A DNA stretch of 64,000 nucleotides from positions 1-64,000 of the forward strand of contig JBEIPA010000011.1 of the NCBI GenBank assembly GCA_040377305.1, in the 5' to 3' direction. This document shows positions 49,302-60,369 of this stretch, piece after piece (position 1 is the first letter of the stretch; the number at the start of each line of letters is the position of its first letter). The translations under genes and the position numbers were made by a program. A model generated the notes under the pieces. The model worked only from the letters and a program-made list of their open reading frames with translations. It had not been told where the DNA came from and ran no database searches. The stretch comes from Flavobacteriales bacterium. Its GTDB lineage: Bacteria > Bacteroidota > Bacteroidia > Palsa-965.

Positions 49302-49401
49302 AGTTGAATGTGTTTTACAATCACTTTACAAAACTCGCTCCGATAACGTTACCGGTCAATTACACTTTCGTGTAATGCCGCAATCCGCAATGATCAATAA
49401 G

Positions 49402-49449
49402 CAATGCGCAATACGCAGTAGTGTTGCCCTTACTGCGTATTGCGCATTG
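49402..49449. repeat. Perfect 19-bp inverted repeat within degenerate heptamer repeats
   Basis: CAATGCGCAATACGCAGTA / TACTGCGTATTGCGCATTG, 10-nt loop. Confidence 0.8.
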
Positions 49450-49466
49450 AATATTGCCTACTGATT

Positions 49467-50099
49467 TTACCTCCCCGGGAAAACTTTATTGAGCGCTTCT
49501 ACTTTCGATTGCACATGTAATTTCTCATACATATTACGAATGTGCTTACGAACGGTCTCTTCACTGATCTCCAGTTGCGCTGCAATTTCTTTATAACGAT
49601 GACCTTTGCCCAACCAACTGAGAATTTCACGTTCACGCGGTGTGAGATTGTGCGTGTCCATTACATTGGCGCTCGGACGAAATGATTGTGTCACCCTTCT
49701 CGCAATGGAACTGCTCATCGGAGATCCTCCGTTCACAACTTCCTGAACAGCGTCGGTTATGGATTGTATAGAGGAATTCTTCAGCAAGTATCCGGTTGCA
49801 CCTGCACGTAACGCTTCGAATATTTTTTCGTCGTCTTCGAAGGTTGTCCACATGATGAATTGAACGGATGGAAGTTTTTCTTTCGCCGACTGAACACACT
49901 CAATTCCGTTCATGCCGGGAAGACCGATATCCATGAGTACAACCGCCGGCTGCAACGCCGCAAATTGTACGAGAAAATCTTCAGCATTCGTGAATATGCC
50001 GCGGACTTCAATATGACCACTATCTACGAGCAAGGTATTCATGCCCTCGAGGAGCTGAGGATCGTCTTCAACAAGCAGAACTGGAATTTTCGTATTCAT
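49467..50099 (-). CDS. NarL/LuxR-family response regulator
   Basis: VEDD, MDIGLPGMNG, GATGYLLK, LTPREREIL...HIRNMYEKLHV. Confidence 0.95.
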   Translation of the reverse strand: MNTKIPVLLVEDDPQLLEGMNTLLVDSGHIEVRGIFTNAEDFLVQFAALQPAVVLMDIGLPGMNGIECVQSAKEKLPSVQFIMWTTFEDDEKIFEALRAGATGYLLKNSSIQSITDAVQEVVNGGSPMSSSIARRVTQSFRPSANVMDTHNLTPREREILSWLGKGHRYKEIAAQLEISEETVRKHIRNMYEKLHVQSKVEALNKVFPGR

Positions 50100-50134
50100 G
50101 ATGCTAAATTACCGGGTTCATTTCACTTATACAC

Positions 50135-52072
50135 TTACACAATAGTGGTAGAGGAGGCGGGAATATTGCCTAAAAACAGTGTGGTGCCGGTTCCGGGAGC
50201 ACTTTCGAAACGAAAAGTAGCACCTGAATCTTCCATTCTGCGACGCATATTATTCAAGCCATTCACACGTTTCAATGCAGTGTGATCAAAACCGGCTCCG
50301 TTGTCGGCAACCGAGAGCGAAAAGGAATTGGTGCCCGTTTGCAGGTGTATTTTCACCTCCGTGGCTTTGGAATATTTCACTGCATTATTCAGAATTTCTT
50401 TGATGCAGAGAAAAACGTTTCGTCGCGTTTCTGCATTTACAACGAGATCAGGAATGTCATCCGGGAAATCGAAAGAACAATTGATATGCGCCTCTTCGAG
50501 AAAGTCGAGCGCATGATTACGTATGTACGCGGCGAGATCAGGAAGTCTATCGTTCTTCGGAGAGAGTGTCCATACAATTTCTCCCAGGTTCCGCGTAAGC
50601 TGGCGCGATTCACCCGTGAGTTTATCAAGATGGCTGAATGTAGATGTGGTGTCGGACTTTTGAATTTGCGACTTGACCTGTTCGCTCAACAGCGAGATAC
50701 GAGTCAATCCTGAGCCGAGATCGTCATGCATATCGCGTGCAATACGAATGCGTTCACTTTCTTTTGTTTCTAACACCGCCAGTTCACGCAGTTGGTGCTG
50801 ACGTGTGCGATATTTCGAAAAGCTAAATCCTCCAATGAGAACTAACATGAGCACTGCAGAAACGGAAATGAGGATGATCAGATTCTTTCTGTTTTCAGCG
50901 CGCTCCGCATTGGCCTGAAGCTGTAAAATATCTTTCTCTTTTTTCTCTGCCTGATATTTTGCTTCGAGTGCCTGAACATTCTTTGTGCTTTCTTCATTCA
51001 GAATTGAATCCTGAATAGCGGAAGATAGTTTGAATGACGAAAGTGCAGATTCAAAATCACCTTTGGCAACGTAGTAATCGGATTGGACAGAATAGGCGAG
51101 CACGAGTTCTTCCATCGCGCTTTCTTCGCGGGCAATCTGGAGAGAAACATCCAGATATTCCTTTGCTTTCTCCAGACTGTCGAGCTGAATTAAGCACGCA
51201 GCAATGTTCGTTCCGCTTTGTGCTAATCCAACACGGTCGTCAAGCTCAGTACGCAATGCGTATGCTTTGTAGTGAGATTCCAGTGAACGTTGAAACTGCT
51301 TTTCGTACAACCAGATCTCTCCGAAATTGTTGTACACCATCGCCTGACCGTTGAGGTCACCAATTTCGAGGTACAACGCTAATGCGCTGCGGTAGTTTTG
51401 ACGTTCGAGTGTGGTGTCCTTGAGACCATCGTAACTTAAGCCAATATTTAGATACGTGTTCGCAATACCTTGCTGATCGCCGAGCTGTTGTTTCAGCGTC
51501 ATCGACTTTTCGTAATATTCAATGGCTTTCCGGTGATCATTCATGTAAGCGTACAGCAAACCGATGTTATTAAACGATCCGGCTTGTCCGCGCTTATCAC
51601 CAGTAAGCTCACGAATCTGCGCAGCTGAAATCAGATTTTCGAGAGCAGACTCGTAGGAACCTTGCTCGAGATAAACCAGGCCGATATTGTTCAACGACAT
51701 TCCAATCGCATTCGAATCATTTACTTCACGTGCAAATGTTAAACTGGAATCGAGATAGAGTAGGGAAGAGTTGAACTCACCTTTGTCCTGGAGGATTATT
51801 CCGACTGTGTTGTACGCATACGTTTTACCCGAATTGTAATCAAGATGTTTTGCAAGTACGAGTGACTGCATTGCGAGTTTCATCGCAGCTTCGGTATCCG
51901 ACCACTTAGTATAGCGGGCGAGCATGTACAGCGCAATAACCTCATTCGTGTCTTTGTTGCCTGAACTAATTATGCCCTGCAGACTATCAATCTTTTCTTT
52001 AGGCTGCGCGAATAGTTTCGGAGGAAACACCACCGAAGCAACAAGCAGAATGAGAAGAAGCACACGTTTCAT
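50135..52072 (-). CDS. TPR-containing sensor histidine kinase (HisKA_3)
   Basis: Periplasmic TPRs, TM, ERIRIARDMHDDLGSGL, NNAVKYS, DNGAGF. Confidence 0.93.
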   Translation of the reverse strand: MKRVLLLILLVASVVFPPKLFAQPKEKIDSLQGIISSGNKDTNEVIALYMLARYTKWSDTEAAMKLAMQSLVLAKHLDYNSGKTYAYNTVGIILQDKGEFNSSLLYLDSSLTFAREVNDSNAIGMSLNNIGLVYLEQGSYESALENLISAAQIRELTGDKRGQAGSFNNIGLLYAYMNDHRKAIEYYEKSMTLKQQLGDQQGIANTYLNIGLSYDGLKDTTLERQNYRSALALYLEIGDLNGQAMVYNNFGEIWLYEKQFQRSLESHYKAYALRTELDDRVGLAQSGTNIAACLIQLDSLEKAKEYLDVSLQIAREESAMEELVLAYSVQSDYYVAKGDFESALSSFKLSSAIQDSILNEESTKNVQALEAKYQAEKKEKDILQLQANAERAENRKNLIILISVSAVLMLVLIGGFSFSKYRTRQHQLRELAVLETKESERIRIARDMHDDLGSGLTRISLLSEQVKSQIQKSDTTSTFSHLDKLTGESRQLTRNLGEIVWTLSPKNDRLPDLAAYIRNHALDFLEEAHINCSFDFPDDIPDLVVNAETRRNVFLCIKEILNNAVKYSKATEVKIHLQTGTNSFSLSVADNGAGFDHTALKRVNGLNNMRRRMEDSGATFRFESAPGTGTTLFLGNIPASSTTIV

Positions 52073-52159
52073 AGGTCAATAAGTCCAAAAGTAACTGCGA
52101 AAGTGAATATACTCAATACCATTTTCATTAATAGCCGGCTATTCACTATTTTCACACCC

Positions 52160-53041
52160 ATGCTCTCCCTCACCATCGTCATTCCGTGCTACAACGAAGA
52201 AAAAGCCCTGCCATTGGTGGTGCCGAATCTGATGGCGTTTGCCGAGAAGAATGGTGTGAAGGTGATTATTGTGAATGACGGATCGAAAGACAATTCGAAA
52301 AAGGTACTTGAGGATTTCGCTACAACTTACACGCGACTTAGCGTTGTTCATCACAAAGTGAATCGTGGTTATGGCGGCGCAATCAAAACCGGTATCTGCG
52401 CTGCGGATACAGATCTCGTGATTACTATCGATGCAGATGGTCAGCACAACCTCGATGATGTGATTGCAATGCGTGACGCACTTTCGAATTCAGAATCGGA
52501 TATGGTGATTGGTGCACGCGGCAATGGTGGAAGTTCTTTGTTTCGCAACACGGGCAAATGGATTATCCGGAAAATATCACGCATTCTCATTCCGAATAAA
52601 ATATCTGATCTCAATTCAGGAATCAAAATTTATCGTCGCGAACTGGCGATGAAATATATTTCGCTTTGTCCGGATGGAATGGCGTTCAGCGATGTGATTG
52701 CCTTGATTTTTATCAATCAACGTCACCTCGTTACGGAAACCAAAGTGAATATCAGCAATCGCGTTGCAGGACACAGCACGATTGGAATCGGAACGGCGTT
52801 TGATACATTGCGTGAGATTCTAAACATCCTCATGCTGTTCAATCCAATGCGTCTACTTTTTCCTATTGCAATTTTCCTCATTGTTGTTTCTGTTGCCTGG
52901 GAAATTCCAATTTTCCTTCGCGGCGATGGTATCAGCGTTGGAGCGATGCTTGGAATTGTGTTGGGCTTCCTGTGTTTCGTTATCGGATTGCTCGCTGAAC
53001 AGCTTTCGAAAATCCGGCAGCAGAATATTTCGTCTAAATAA
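52160..53041 (+). CDS. Glycosyltransferase family 2
   Basis: IPCYNEE, VNDGSKD, NRGYGGA, DADGQH; C-terminal TMs. Confidence 0.92.
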   Translation: MLSLTIVIPCYNEEKALPLVVPNLMAFAEKNGVKVIIVNDGSKDNSKKVLEDFATTYTRLSVVHHKVNRGYGGAIKTGICAADTDLVITIDADGQHNLDDVIAMRDALSNSESDMVIGARGNGGSSLFRNTGKWIIRKISRILIPNKISDLNSGIKIYRRELAMKYISLCPDGMAFSDVIALIFINQRHLVTETKVNISNRVAGHSTIGIGTAFDTLREILNILMLFNPMRLLFPIAIFLIVVSVAWEIPIFLRGDGISVGAMLGIVLGFLCFVIGLLAEQLSKIRQQNISSK

Positions 53042-53112
53042 AATTTGTGCAATCTGAGAAATCTGCGAATCTGTGGCAAGCGCGTGTACGCGCAACCAAC
53101 TAACTTTACGGC

Positions 53113-53751
53113 ATGATTTACCTCATTCCGGGTCTGGGCGCCGATTACCGCGTTTTCGAAATGTTAGACCTTGCTGGGCTCGAAACACAAATTCTTGTTT
53201 GGGAACATCCTAATAAGAAAGAACCCATCGCGGATTACACAACGAGAATGGCTGCTCAGATTAAAGTGCGACCAACGGTAATTGTGGGATTGTCTTTCGG
53301 CGGAGTTATAGGTGCTGAACTGAAGAAACACTTTCCGGAAGCAAAACTGATTTTAATTTCTTCTATCGCATCGCGTAATGAACTTCCCTGGTGGGCGCGC
53401 GTTGGTGCGGCTTTGCGAATGAACGTGATCTTCACGGGTACGTTTATGAAGCACCGCAATCCTATTGTCCGTTGGATTTTCGGAGTGGAACGTGGATATC
53501 CCAAGGAATTATTCAATGCCATTCTCAAAGACAGTGATCCTGATTTTCTCTATTGGGCATTCGATGCCATTCTGAATTGGAAAGGAAACGGATCACATCG
53601 CGCGCATCATATTCATGGTGACAAAGACCGCCTGTTGCCAATGAGATTTACGAGTGCAGATATTTGTGTGAAAGGTGGCGGACATTTCATGATTGTGTCT
53701 CATGGCAAGGAGATTTCAGAAATACTCGTATCACTGCTCAAAATGCGCTAA
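53113..53751 (+). CDS. Alpha/beta hydrolase
   Basis: PGLGAD, GLSFGG, HGDKD, GGHFM. Confidence 0.88.
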   Translation: MIYLIPGLGADYRVFEMLDLAGLETQILVWEHPNKKEPIADYTTRMAAQIKVRPTVIVGLSFGGVIGAELKKHFPEAKLILISSIASRNELPWWARVGAALRMNVIFTGTFMKHRNPIVRWIFGVERGYPKELFNAILKDSDPDFLYWAFDAILNWKGNGSHRAHHIHGDKDRLLPMRFTSADICVKGGGHFMIVSHGKEISEILVSLLKMR

Positions 53752-53928
53752 ACGCCCCATTTCCTTGCTGTAAATTTTGAGTCCTTTTGGGAGACTTATA
53801 GCTCTTGAAATCAGTATTATACGAATCGCCAAGACGCGATTTTTGCTGTAGAAAGCGTCGAAATTGTCCCAGCCTTTTTCAGTGCGCATTGCCGAAATTT
53901 AGGTTAGAAGTTTCCTAAAATCTGTTCC

Positions 53929-55389
53929 ATGCACAAGGCTTCAAATATTCCTGAGAAATCGTTGATCAATGATGTCCACATGGACAGCGGGTTTGATGTC
54001 ATTGCTTCCGAATTGCAATGGGTATCCAATCGCGTCAACCGTTTGCTGAACTCGATTATTAATCCTGAAGAAGTATTTTCAGCCGAACCACTTCAGAATT
54101 TCGATTCTGATTCGAACTATGGAAAATTTCTCGTGAGCTGGAAGGCTGACGAACTCGAGCGAATGGCGATTGGTATTTGTTTTGCGCAACTTTATTTTCC
54201 GAGTGCGTTTGATGGATTCCTTCGCGTGTTCGGAAAAGGAGGAGCGCGTCATTCCAATGTGGGAGGTATCATCAAGGAGTCGAGTGTGCGGTTTTATCCA
54301 ACGGTGCGTACGCTTGCGTGGATCATGTCGGGGAATAATCCGCAGACCTATGCGCGTTATGTGAATCAACTTTCTTCCGGTCACCGTTTGTTTACAGAAG
54401 GAGTTTTACTTGTAAAAGAAAATCCGGATGAAAGCGCATTTGTAGAAATGGAAGTGAAGCTTAATGAGATTTACTTTCCCACTTTACTTGAGGGAGTGGA
54501 GCCAAGACTGGATGCCGAATCCGGATTTCCCGCTTCCCGCAATTACGCAAATCATAATATGTCGGATGTCGTGCTCGATGCAGAAACGCGCAAGGAGATG
54601 GAGGAGATTTATCTCTTTGCAAAACAGATTTCAAATCTGAACACGATTCCGGAGAAAAAAATGTACAAAGGATATTGTGTCTGCGTTTTTACCGGTGAGC
54701 CCGGAACAGGCAAAAGTTATTCGGCCGGCGCAATGGGAAATGAGTTGGGAATGCCGGTGTATACGGTGAACACTGCGCAGCTTGTGAGCAAGTACATCGG
54801 TGAAACTGAAAAGAACCTGGAACGCGTACTGAACCGTTTCAATAATAAAAACTGCATCTTGTTTTTCGACGAAGCTGAAGCCATCTTCAGCAAGCGAACG
54901 GAAGTAAAAGATTCACATGATCGCTATGCGAACCAGGAGCAATCATTTCTCCTTCAGAAAATGACGGAGTTCAACGGCATCATAATTCTGGCGACCAATG
55001 TGCAGGACATTCGTCAGCACATGGACAAAGCATTTCTGCGTCGCTTCTATCGCATCATCAATATTCCATTTCCGAATTACGCAGAGCGAAAACTGATCTG
55101 GGAGAAAACGTTAGGCGCATCGTTCACTTACGAGCCGGGACTTGTTGATCGTATGGCGCGGAATTATCAGTTGAGCGGAGGGAGTATTCATAACGTGGTT
55201 TCCGATGGTGTAATTAAAGCGCTTAGCATAAATTCCAGAGTAATCAATTTTGAAATGATGGAGCGCGGATTGATTTCAGAATTCCTCAAGACCGGAAGAA
55301 AGTGTGAAGTGATTTTGGACGAACAGGTTTATGTTGATGCAGCGCGGAGATTTGGACCCGGTTACGAAAAACGCACAATGATTGCTTAA
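53929..55389 (+). CDS. AAA+ ATPase, Afp15/Pvc15-like (eCIS-associated type)
   Basis: GEPGTGKS, VSKYIGETEKNL, FFDEAEAIFSKRTEVKDSHDRYANQE, DKAFLRRF, LSGGSI. Confidence 0.85.
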   Translation: MHKASNIPEKSLINDVHMDSGFDVIASELQWVSNRVNRLLNSIINPEEVFSAEPLQNFDSDSNYGKFLVSWKADELERMAIGICFAQLYFPSAFDGFLRVFGKGGARHSNVGGIIKESSVRFYPTVRTLAWIMSGNNPQTYARYVNQLSSGHRLFTEGVLLVKENPDESAFVEMEVKLNEIYFPTLLEGVEPRLDAESGFPASRNYANHNMSDVVLDAETRKEMEEIYLFAKQISNLNTIPEKKMYKGYCVCVFTGEPGTGKSYSAGAMGNELGMPVYTVNTAQLVSKYIGETEKNLERVLNRFNNKNCILFFDEAEAIFSKRTEVKDSHDRYANQEQSFLLQKMTEFNGIIILATNVQDIRQHMDKAFLRRFYRIINIPFPNYAERKLIWEKTLGASFTYEPGLVDRMARNYQLSGGSIHNVVSDGVIKALSINSRVINFEMMERGLISEFLKTGRKCEVILDEQVYVDAARRFGPGYEKRTMIA

Positions 55390-55398
55390 GTTAATACC

Positions 55399-57888
55399 AT
55401 GAAGAGTTACGCCGACCGCCACGATACAACTAAAAGGAGAAGAAGAAATTCTGTTCTGAATTTATTCCGTGAAGAGCTGGGATCTCTGGGCGATGATGAG
55501 TTGCAGGGAGTGATTGACGATCCGACTGATTCTGTCAACGAAACGTTGAATCAGTTTGAGATGGATAATGCAACGCAATCGGTTCATCTCATTTGCGAAG
55601 ATGAGCAGGCTGAAGCAGAAGGTCTTGTTGGCAAAACTGAATTCCTTGAAATTCTGGAAGAATGTGTACGCGCGAAGCTGAGAGAATCATTCGAAGGAAC
55701 CGGATTTACCGAACAGGATTGTCCCTGGCTGAAACATTTGTTCCGTCACTATGGTCGTCGCAGTGCAAAGTATCTCGAGCATTCCATTCACAAATATCTT
55801 CCTTCATCGCGACGGGCAGAATCCATAGACGGTTACATCATTCCTCTTCAGGAAAAAGTGGAGCGTGCCATTGCGGCGTGGTTGAAGACCGGACAGATTA
55901 CGGAGGTGCCAACAGAAATTCCGCGCAGTCTTTTACGTGTTGCCGGACAGGACGCTGCCAACCAACGTGCGCGCATGGGTAAGGGAAAAGAACTCGACAG
56001 CAATACGAAGTCGAAAATGGAAGGTGCGTTCGGAACGAGCATCGGTGATGTTAAAGTGCACACCGAAAGTGAAGGAAGTTCATTTGCAGATGAGTTGGAT
56101 GCACAGGCAGCAACTATCGGAAAGGACATTGCGTTTGCGAGTAACAAATATAAACCCGGAACACCTGAAGGAGATGCGCTTATCGCACACGAGTTGGCGC
56201 ACGTCATGCAGCAACGAAGCGCAGCGGAAATGGGAGAAATGGGAAGCGGTTCGGATTATGCAGCGATGGAACAGGACGCAGAAGGTGCTACACGTGGAGT
56301 ATTGGGAAGATTGTGGGGAGGAATGAAAAGTTCATTCGCGGATCTCAAAGCGAATGCATGGCCGAGGTTGAAGAGTGGATTGCAGGTGCAGAGGTGTAAT
56401 ACAACCGAGGAATCCAATGCAGATCCATTTCAAGCGGCTATTTACGATGGGGAAACTGCATTTGACAAGGCGGACTACAAACTGGCGGTGGAAAAATTTA
56501 CGGAAGCATTCGGACTTGCGACAACTGAAGAGGACAAACAAATCGCTCAGGCCGGAATTGATAAATCACAAGCCGCCTTAGATGAACAACTCGCGGGAAT
56601 CAAGTATTTTACTGACGTTACCGGTTTTGTCAAGAAGGTAATCATAACCTCATCAGCCAACGTTATAGTTTATGAAGGTGTTCCAATTTTCGATTCAATA
56701 GATACCGATTATGCAAGGTTTGTTGATCTAAAATCCGGAACGTATTCAGTCGTTGCAGTTACAGATCAAGGCGAAGAAAAGTCGAGCATTAATCATTCAG
56801 GTGGCGCAGCTACTGTTTATTTCAAAACTGATGTTTCAGGAGACAAGAACAAAGATTACAAGGCGGCGACCAATTTCCAGGAGTTGATTGATTTAATTAG
56901 GGCGGCAGAAGTAAAATTAAAAGCAGATGGTCAAGACGTAAAGACGAGAGTACAGACGATAAGAGGAGTTTTCTATGGTACCGAATGGAGCATGGACTAC
57001 TCACATGAAAAAAGCACAATGCGCAATATTGGATTTCAGTATTTCTTGTATGGTAAGTCCGGCGCATTATTTGATCCAATGAATCCCGAGACCGTATTGG
57101 GATTAAAACTATTCAACGCGATATTAAATTCCTTTGAAGTCACAAATACGGATGGAAGGTTAATTGATGTTGGGCACCTCTTCATTGGGATGGAAGCGCG
57201 ACAGGAAGTTGAAGGGCGTGAAGAGGAAAGAACAGATCCTAACCCGGATAATGAAACATATGGTCAGTTGATGGGTGGTTCCGGTTTAGAATTAACAACG
57301 TGGCTTGGAGATCTGGGAGGAGGCACTGGAATGCTCGCTAAAGCTAGAGTTACAGAACCCGATAAAGAAGCGATAACTGTGTTTCAAGATGCCCATAGTT
57401 ATGGAGCCCCACTCAATCTCGAAGGGGATATTGATGCGTTTATTATTGCAGGTGATAAAAATCAGGGCGAAGGAATGCCCCCAATATTTCTTAATGAAGA
57501 GAAAGGAATAACTGGTGCTTTAATGGAGTACCTTGATCCTGATTTAAGTGAACAGTGGAAAAACAGAGCCAAAACATTCTTGATTATTTATGGTGGAACA
57601 TTTGATGCCAACAACGACCTGACCAATAAAGATGTTCTCGTTGAACTATTTGCAGGAAAAATTACCAAAATGGGCTTCTTTTACACGTGGACCCGCATGC
57701 AGGATGAAGCCAACCAAAAGAAAGAGGACGCGCAACTATCCCCAGATCAAAAGAAGAAAATCGATGATGAAGTTGCTAAATTTAAGGACACTATCCTGCC
57801 AGTTGCAGCAAAAGAAGTAGCAGAATTGTTCGTAGATGCATTAGTGAAAACTGTCAAAGATCCAAATAGATCTATTAGCCCGGAATAA
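55399..57888 (+). CDS. DUF4157 (eCIS core) domain protein with putative C-terminal effector
   Basis: VKVHT...AQAATIGKDIAF...LIAHELAHVMQQ, VQR, then an unrelated C-terminal region. Confidence 0.85.
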   Translation: MKSYADRHDTTKRRRRNSVLNLFREELGSLGDDELQGVIDDPTDSVNETLNQFEMDNATQSVHLICEDEQAEAEGLVGKTEFLEILEECVRAKLRESFEGTGFTEQDCPWLKHLFRHYGRRSAKYLEHSIHKYLPSSRRAESIDGYIIPLQEKVERAIAAWLKTGQITEVPTEIPRSLLRVAGQDAANQRARMGKGKELDSNTKSKMEGAFGTSIGDVKVHTESEGSSFADELDAQAATIGKDIAFASNKYKPGTPEGDALIAHELAHVMQQRSAAEMGEMGSGSDYAAMEQDAEGATRGVLGRLWGGMKSSFADLKANAWPRLKSGLQVQRCNTTEESNADPFQAAIYDGETAFDKADYKLAVEKFTEAFGLATTEEDKQIAQAGIDKSQAALDEQLAGIKYFTDVTGFVKKVIITSSANVIVYEGVPIFDSIDTDYARFVDLKSGTYSVVAVTDQGEEKSSINHSGGAATVYFKTDVSGDKNKDYKAATNFQELIDLIRAAEVKLKADGQDVKTRVQTIRGVFYGTEWSMDYSHEKSTMRNIGFQYFLYGKSGALFDPMNPETVLGLKLFNAILNSFEVTNTDGRLIDVGHLFIGMEARQEVEGREEERTDPNPDNETYGQLMGGSGLELTTWLGDLGGGTGMLAKARVTEPDKEAITVFQDAHSYGAPLNLEGDIDAFIIAGDKNQGEGMPPIFLNEEKGITGALMEYLDPDLSEQWKNRAKTFLIIYGGTFDANNDLTNKDVLVELFAGKITKMGFFYTWTRMQDEANQKKEDAQLSPDQKKKIDDEVAKFKDTILPVAAKEVAELFVDALVKTVKDPNRSISPE

Positions 57889-57891
57889 AGT

Positions 57892-58509
57892 ATGAAGCCG
57901 CTATCATTTCTTATCATATGTACGATCCTAAGCTGTTCTGGTTCGGACAATCCTGATACCTTATCAAGTGATTCTGCAATTCAATTACCCGCAGAAGACT
58001 CCGCAGCCAGAATAGAGCGCTTGAAAAGGGAAACGGAAGACCTTATTGATTCAATCAGAGTAGAAACGCTCAAACAGTTTCAAGAACCTGAATTGTCAGA
58101 TTCCGGCGCAACGTCATACAGGTTCAGCATTTTGGATCATGAGACTTTTCTTAAAGGAATGCATATCTATCGAATTTATAGTGATAGTTCCGGGTACAGA
58201 TTCATTCACAAATATTTCCAATTGAACCAATATCACCAGAGAGATTCATTAATTGTTATATCTGGAAGTATTAGATCCAATGAATGGTGGGAAGTTGAAC
58301 GCCTGGTGAAGGGAGCCTATTTCTGGTCTTTAGAAAAAAATGATATCGGGCAAGTGGGATTAGCTGATGATTTATGGATTCTTGAAGGCCGTAATGGCGG
58401 AAGGTATGGATCGAACAACAAGTCATATCATATTGTGAGACGATGGGATCCGTACGAGGGAAGTTTCAAGTCGGCTTGTTTGAAAATTCAGGAAGTTTGT
58501 GAGAAATGA
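57892..58509 (+). CDS. Lipoprotein, candidate immunity protein
   Basis: Lipobox ILSC; 3 bp after the DUF4157 gene. Confidence 0.65.
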   Translation: MKPLSFLIICTILSCSGSDNPDTLSSDSAIQLPAEDSAARIERLKRETEDLIDSIRVETLKQFQEPELSDSGATSYRFSILDHETFLKGMHIYRIYSDSSGYRFIHKYFQLNQYHQRDSLIVISGSIRSNEWWEVERLVKGAYFWSLEKNDIGQVGLADDLWILEGRNGGRYGSNNKSYHIVRRWDPYEGSFKSACLKIQEVCEK

Positions 58510-58605
58510 TCGCCATAATGATTCCGATGAAACTTTAGTTTAAGTAAAGCTTCGCGTTACAGGTGCAGAAGAATTAGATGTTTCAGGTCGGTAAGAATTA
58601 ATGTA

Positions 58606-59826
58606 ATGGACAATACTAGAAATAAGTTCACCCATTTATTCATTTCCCTGATCATAGTCGTTTGCATCAGTTGCGATCAACAAGCAGGTGCAAATTCCTT
58701 GAAGGTAATCTCGTCGGATTCTTTATACGCAATCCGCGACAAGGACAAGTGGGGTTTCATGGATAACCGCGGCGAGATAATTATTGCACCGGAATTCGAT
58801 TATGTGGAATCGTTTTTTATTGAAGGTTGTGCAATTGTTCGATTGGATGGGAAATATGGTTTTATTGACTCCTCGGGAACAATAGTTGTACAACCGCAAT
58901 ATGAAAGTGCACATGAATTTATTCATGGACTGGCGTTGGTCAGGAAGAATGGGAAATGGGGTGCGATTGATAAAAACGGAGTGGTAGTTATCGATTTTCA
59001 ATTTGATGAGATTGATTTAAACACAGCAGTTGAACCTATTCGGTCGAAAATCGGTGAGAAGTACTGCTTTATAAATCGTCTCGGACAGATCCTCATTGAA
59101 CCCAGATATGAGTATGCAGGAAGTTTTTCAGATGGCCTTGCAATGGTATGTGATACGGGCAAATTTGGCTTTATTAATCCAGATGGTTCCTTGAAAATTC
59201 CACATCAATTTGATTATGCCCATGATTTCTCAGAAGGTTTAGCTTTGGTCAGAATAAATAGTCAACACTTCTACATTGACTCTACAGGAAAAAACGTCAT
59301 CTCCGTTACTGCTGACAGCGCAGGATATTTTTCACATGGCGTGGCGCCGGTTCACGTCAACGGGAAATGGCAATTCATCGATAAAACCGGCAACCCTGTT
59401 AGTGATTCATTGTATGATGACATTGGTCCTTATTTTTCTGAAGGTCTCATACAGGTAGTTATTAATGGAAAGTATGGTTACATGGACACGACTGGTCACA
59501 TCGCAGTTCCGTTACAGTTTGACCGTGGATACGAGTTTGAAAATGGATTCGCTGTCGTGATGCGCAATCATCTGTATGGGTATGTTGATGCAACCGGCAA
59601 AATAATTACACCAGATAAGTATGAAGGCTGTTTGCCATTCAACAACGAAAGAGCGCTCGTACACTCAACGCAAGGATACAATTACATTGATGAAAAGGGA
59701 GCGGTTGTGATCAATGGTAATTTTGCTTCAGCTTTTTCTTTTTCAAGAGGATTGGCGAAAGTAGAGGATGAAGGAAAGATGGCTTATATTAATATGGATG
59801 GAGAAATTGTCTGGGAAGAAAAGTAG
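58606..59826 (+). CDS. WG-repeat lipoprotein
   Basis: Repeated KWGFID..G...I.P.Y.....F.EGLA; lipobox CISC. Confidence 0.9.
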   Translation: MDNTRNKFTHLFISLIIVVCISCDQQAGANSLKVISSDSLYAIRDKDKWGFMDNRGEIIIAPEFDYVESFFIEGCAIVRLDGKYGFIDSSGTIVVQPQYESAHEFIHGLALVRKNGKWGAIDKNGVVVIDFQFDEIDLNTAVEPIRSKIGEKYCFINRLGQILIEPRYEYAGSFSDGLAMVCDTGKFGFINPDGSLKIPHQFDYAHDFSEGLALVRINSQHFYIDSTGKNVISVTADSAGYFSHGVAPVHVNGKWQFIDKTGNPVSDSLYDDIGPYFSEGLIQVVINGKYGYMDTTGHIAVPLQFDRGYEFENGFAVVMRNHLYGYVDATGKIITPDKYEGCLPFNNERALVHSTQGYNYIDEKGAVVINGNFASAFSFSRGLAKVEDEGKMAYINMDGEIVWEEK

Positions 59827-59880
59827 TTTCTGCTCGGCATTTAAGGCTAGGAGCAATATTCCCGGTGACTAATTAATTGT

Positions 59881-60369
59881 ATGGAAAGTCAATTGTTACG
59901 TTTGATACTAGGGTTGATTCACTTTGGCCTTTCGGTTGTTTTGTTTTTTTGTCATCATACCACGATCATCACACATTCGATTTCAGAAAAAATATCGCTG
60001 TCTGATGCTATGAGGTATTACAATCTGGAAGAACGCACTTCTTTCGAAGCGGTAATCTTGATCGGTTTTTGTTTCATTTTCATTTTACCTTTTAGCTTTT
60101 TACTGTTCACATCTAAAAAACAGTATAAAGTGATTCATCTGTTTGGGATGTTGTTGTCTGTCATTTCTATATTTCACTATTGTGAATTAAAGTTCTTTTT
60201 TGTTGTGCTACCAACCTGGGCTCCCCATGAATACCAACATTCACTAGTGTTCTATTTGATCTATCTGATTTTTATTTACTGTTTCGTTCTCCATCTATTG
60301 CGGGTAATTCAACCGTTAACATTCAAGACCAAGAGCAACACAATGTTTGGTGTATCAAAACCGGATTAA
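59881..60369 (+). CDS. Membrane hypothetical protein (about 4 TM)
   Basis: Hydrophobic segments. Confidence 0.55.
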   Translation: MESQLLRLILGLIHFGLSVVLFFCHHTTIITHSISEKISLSDAMRYYNLEERTSFEAVILIGFCFIFILPFSFLLFTSKKQYKVIHLFGMLLSVISIFHYCELKFFFVVLPTWAPHEYQHSLVFYLIYLIFIYCFVLHLLRVIQPLTFKTKSNTMFGVSKPD

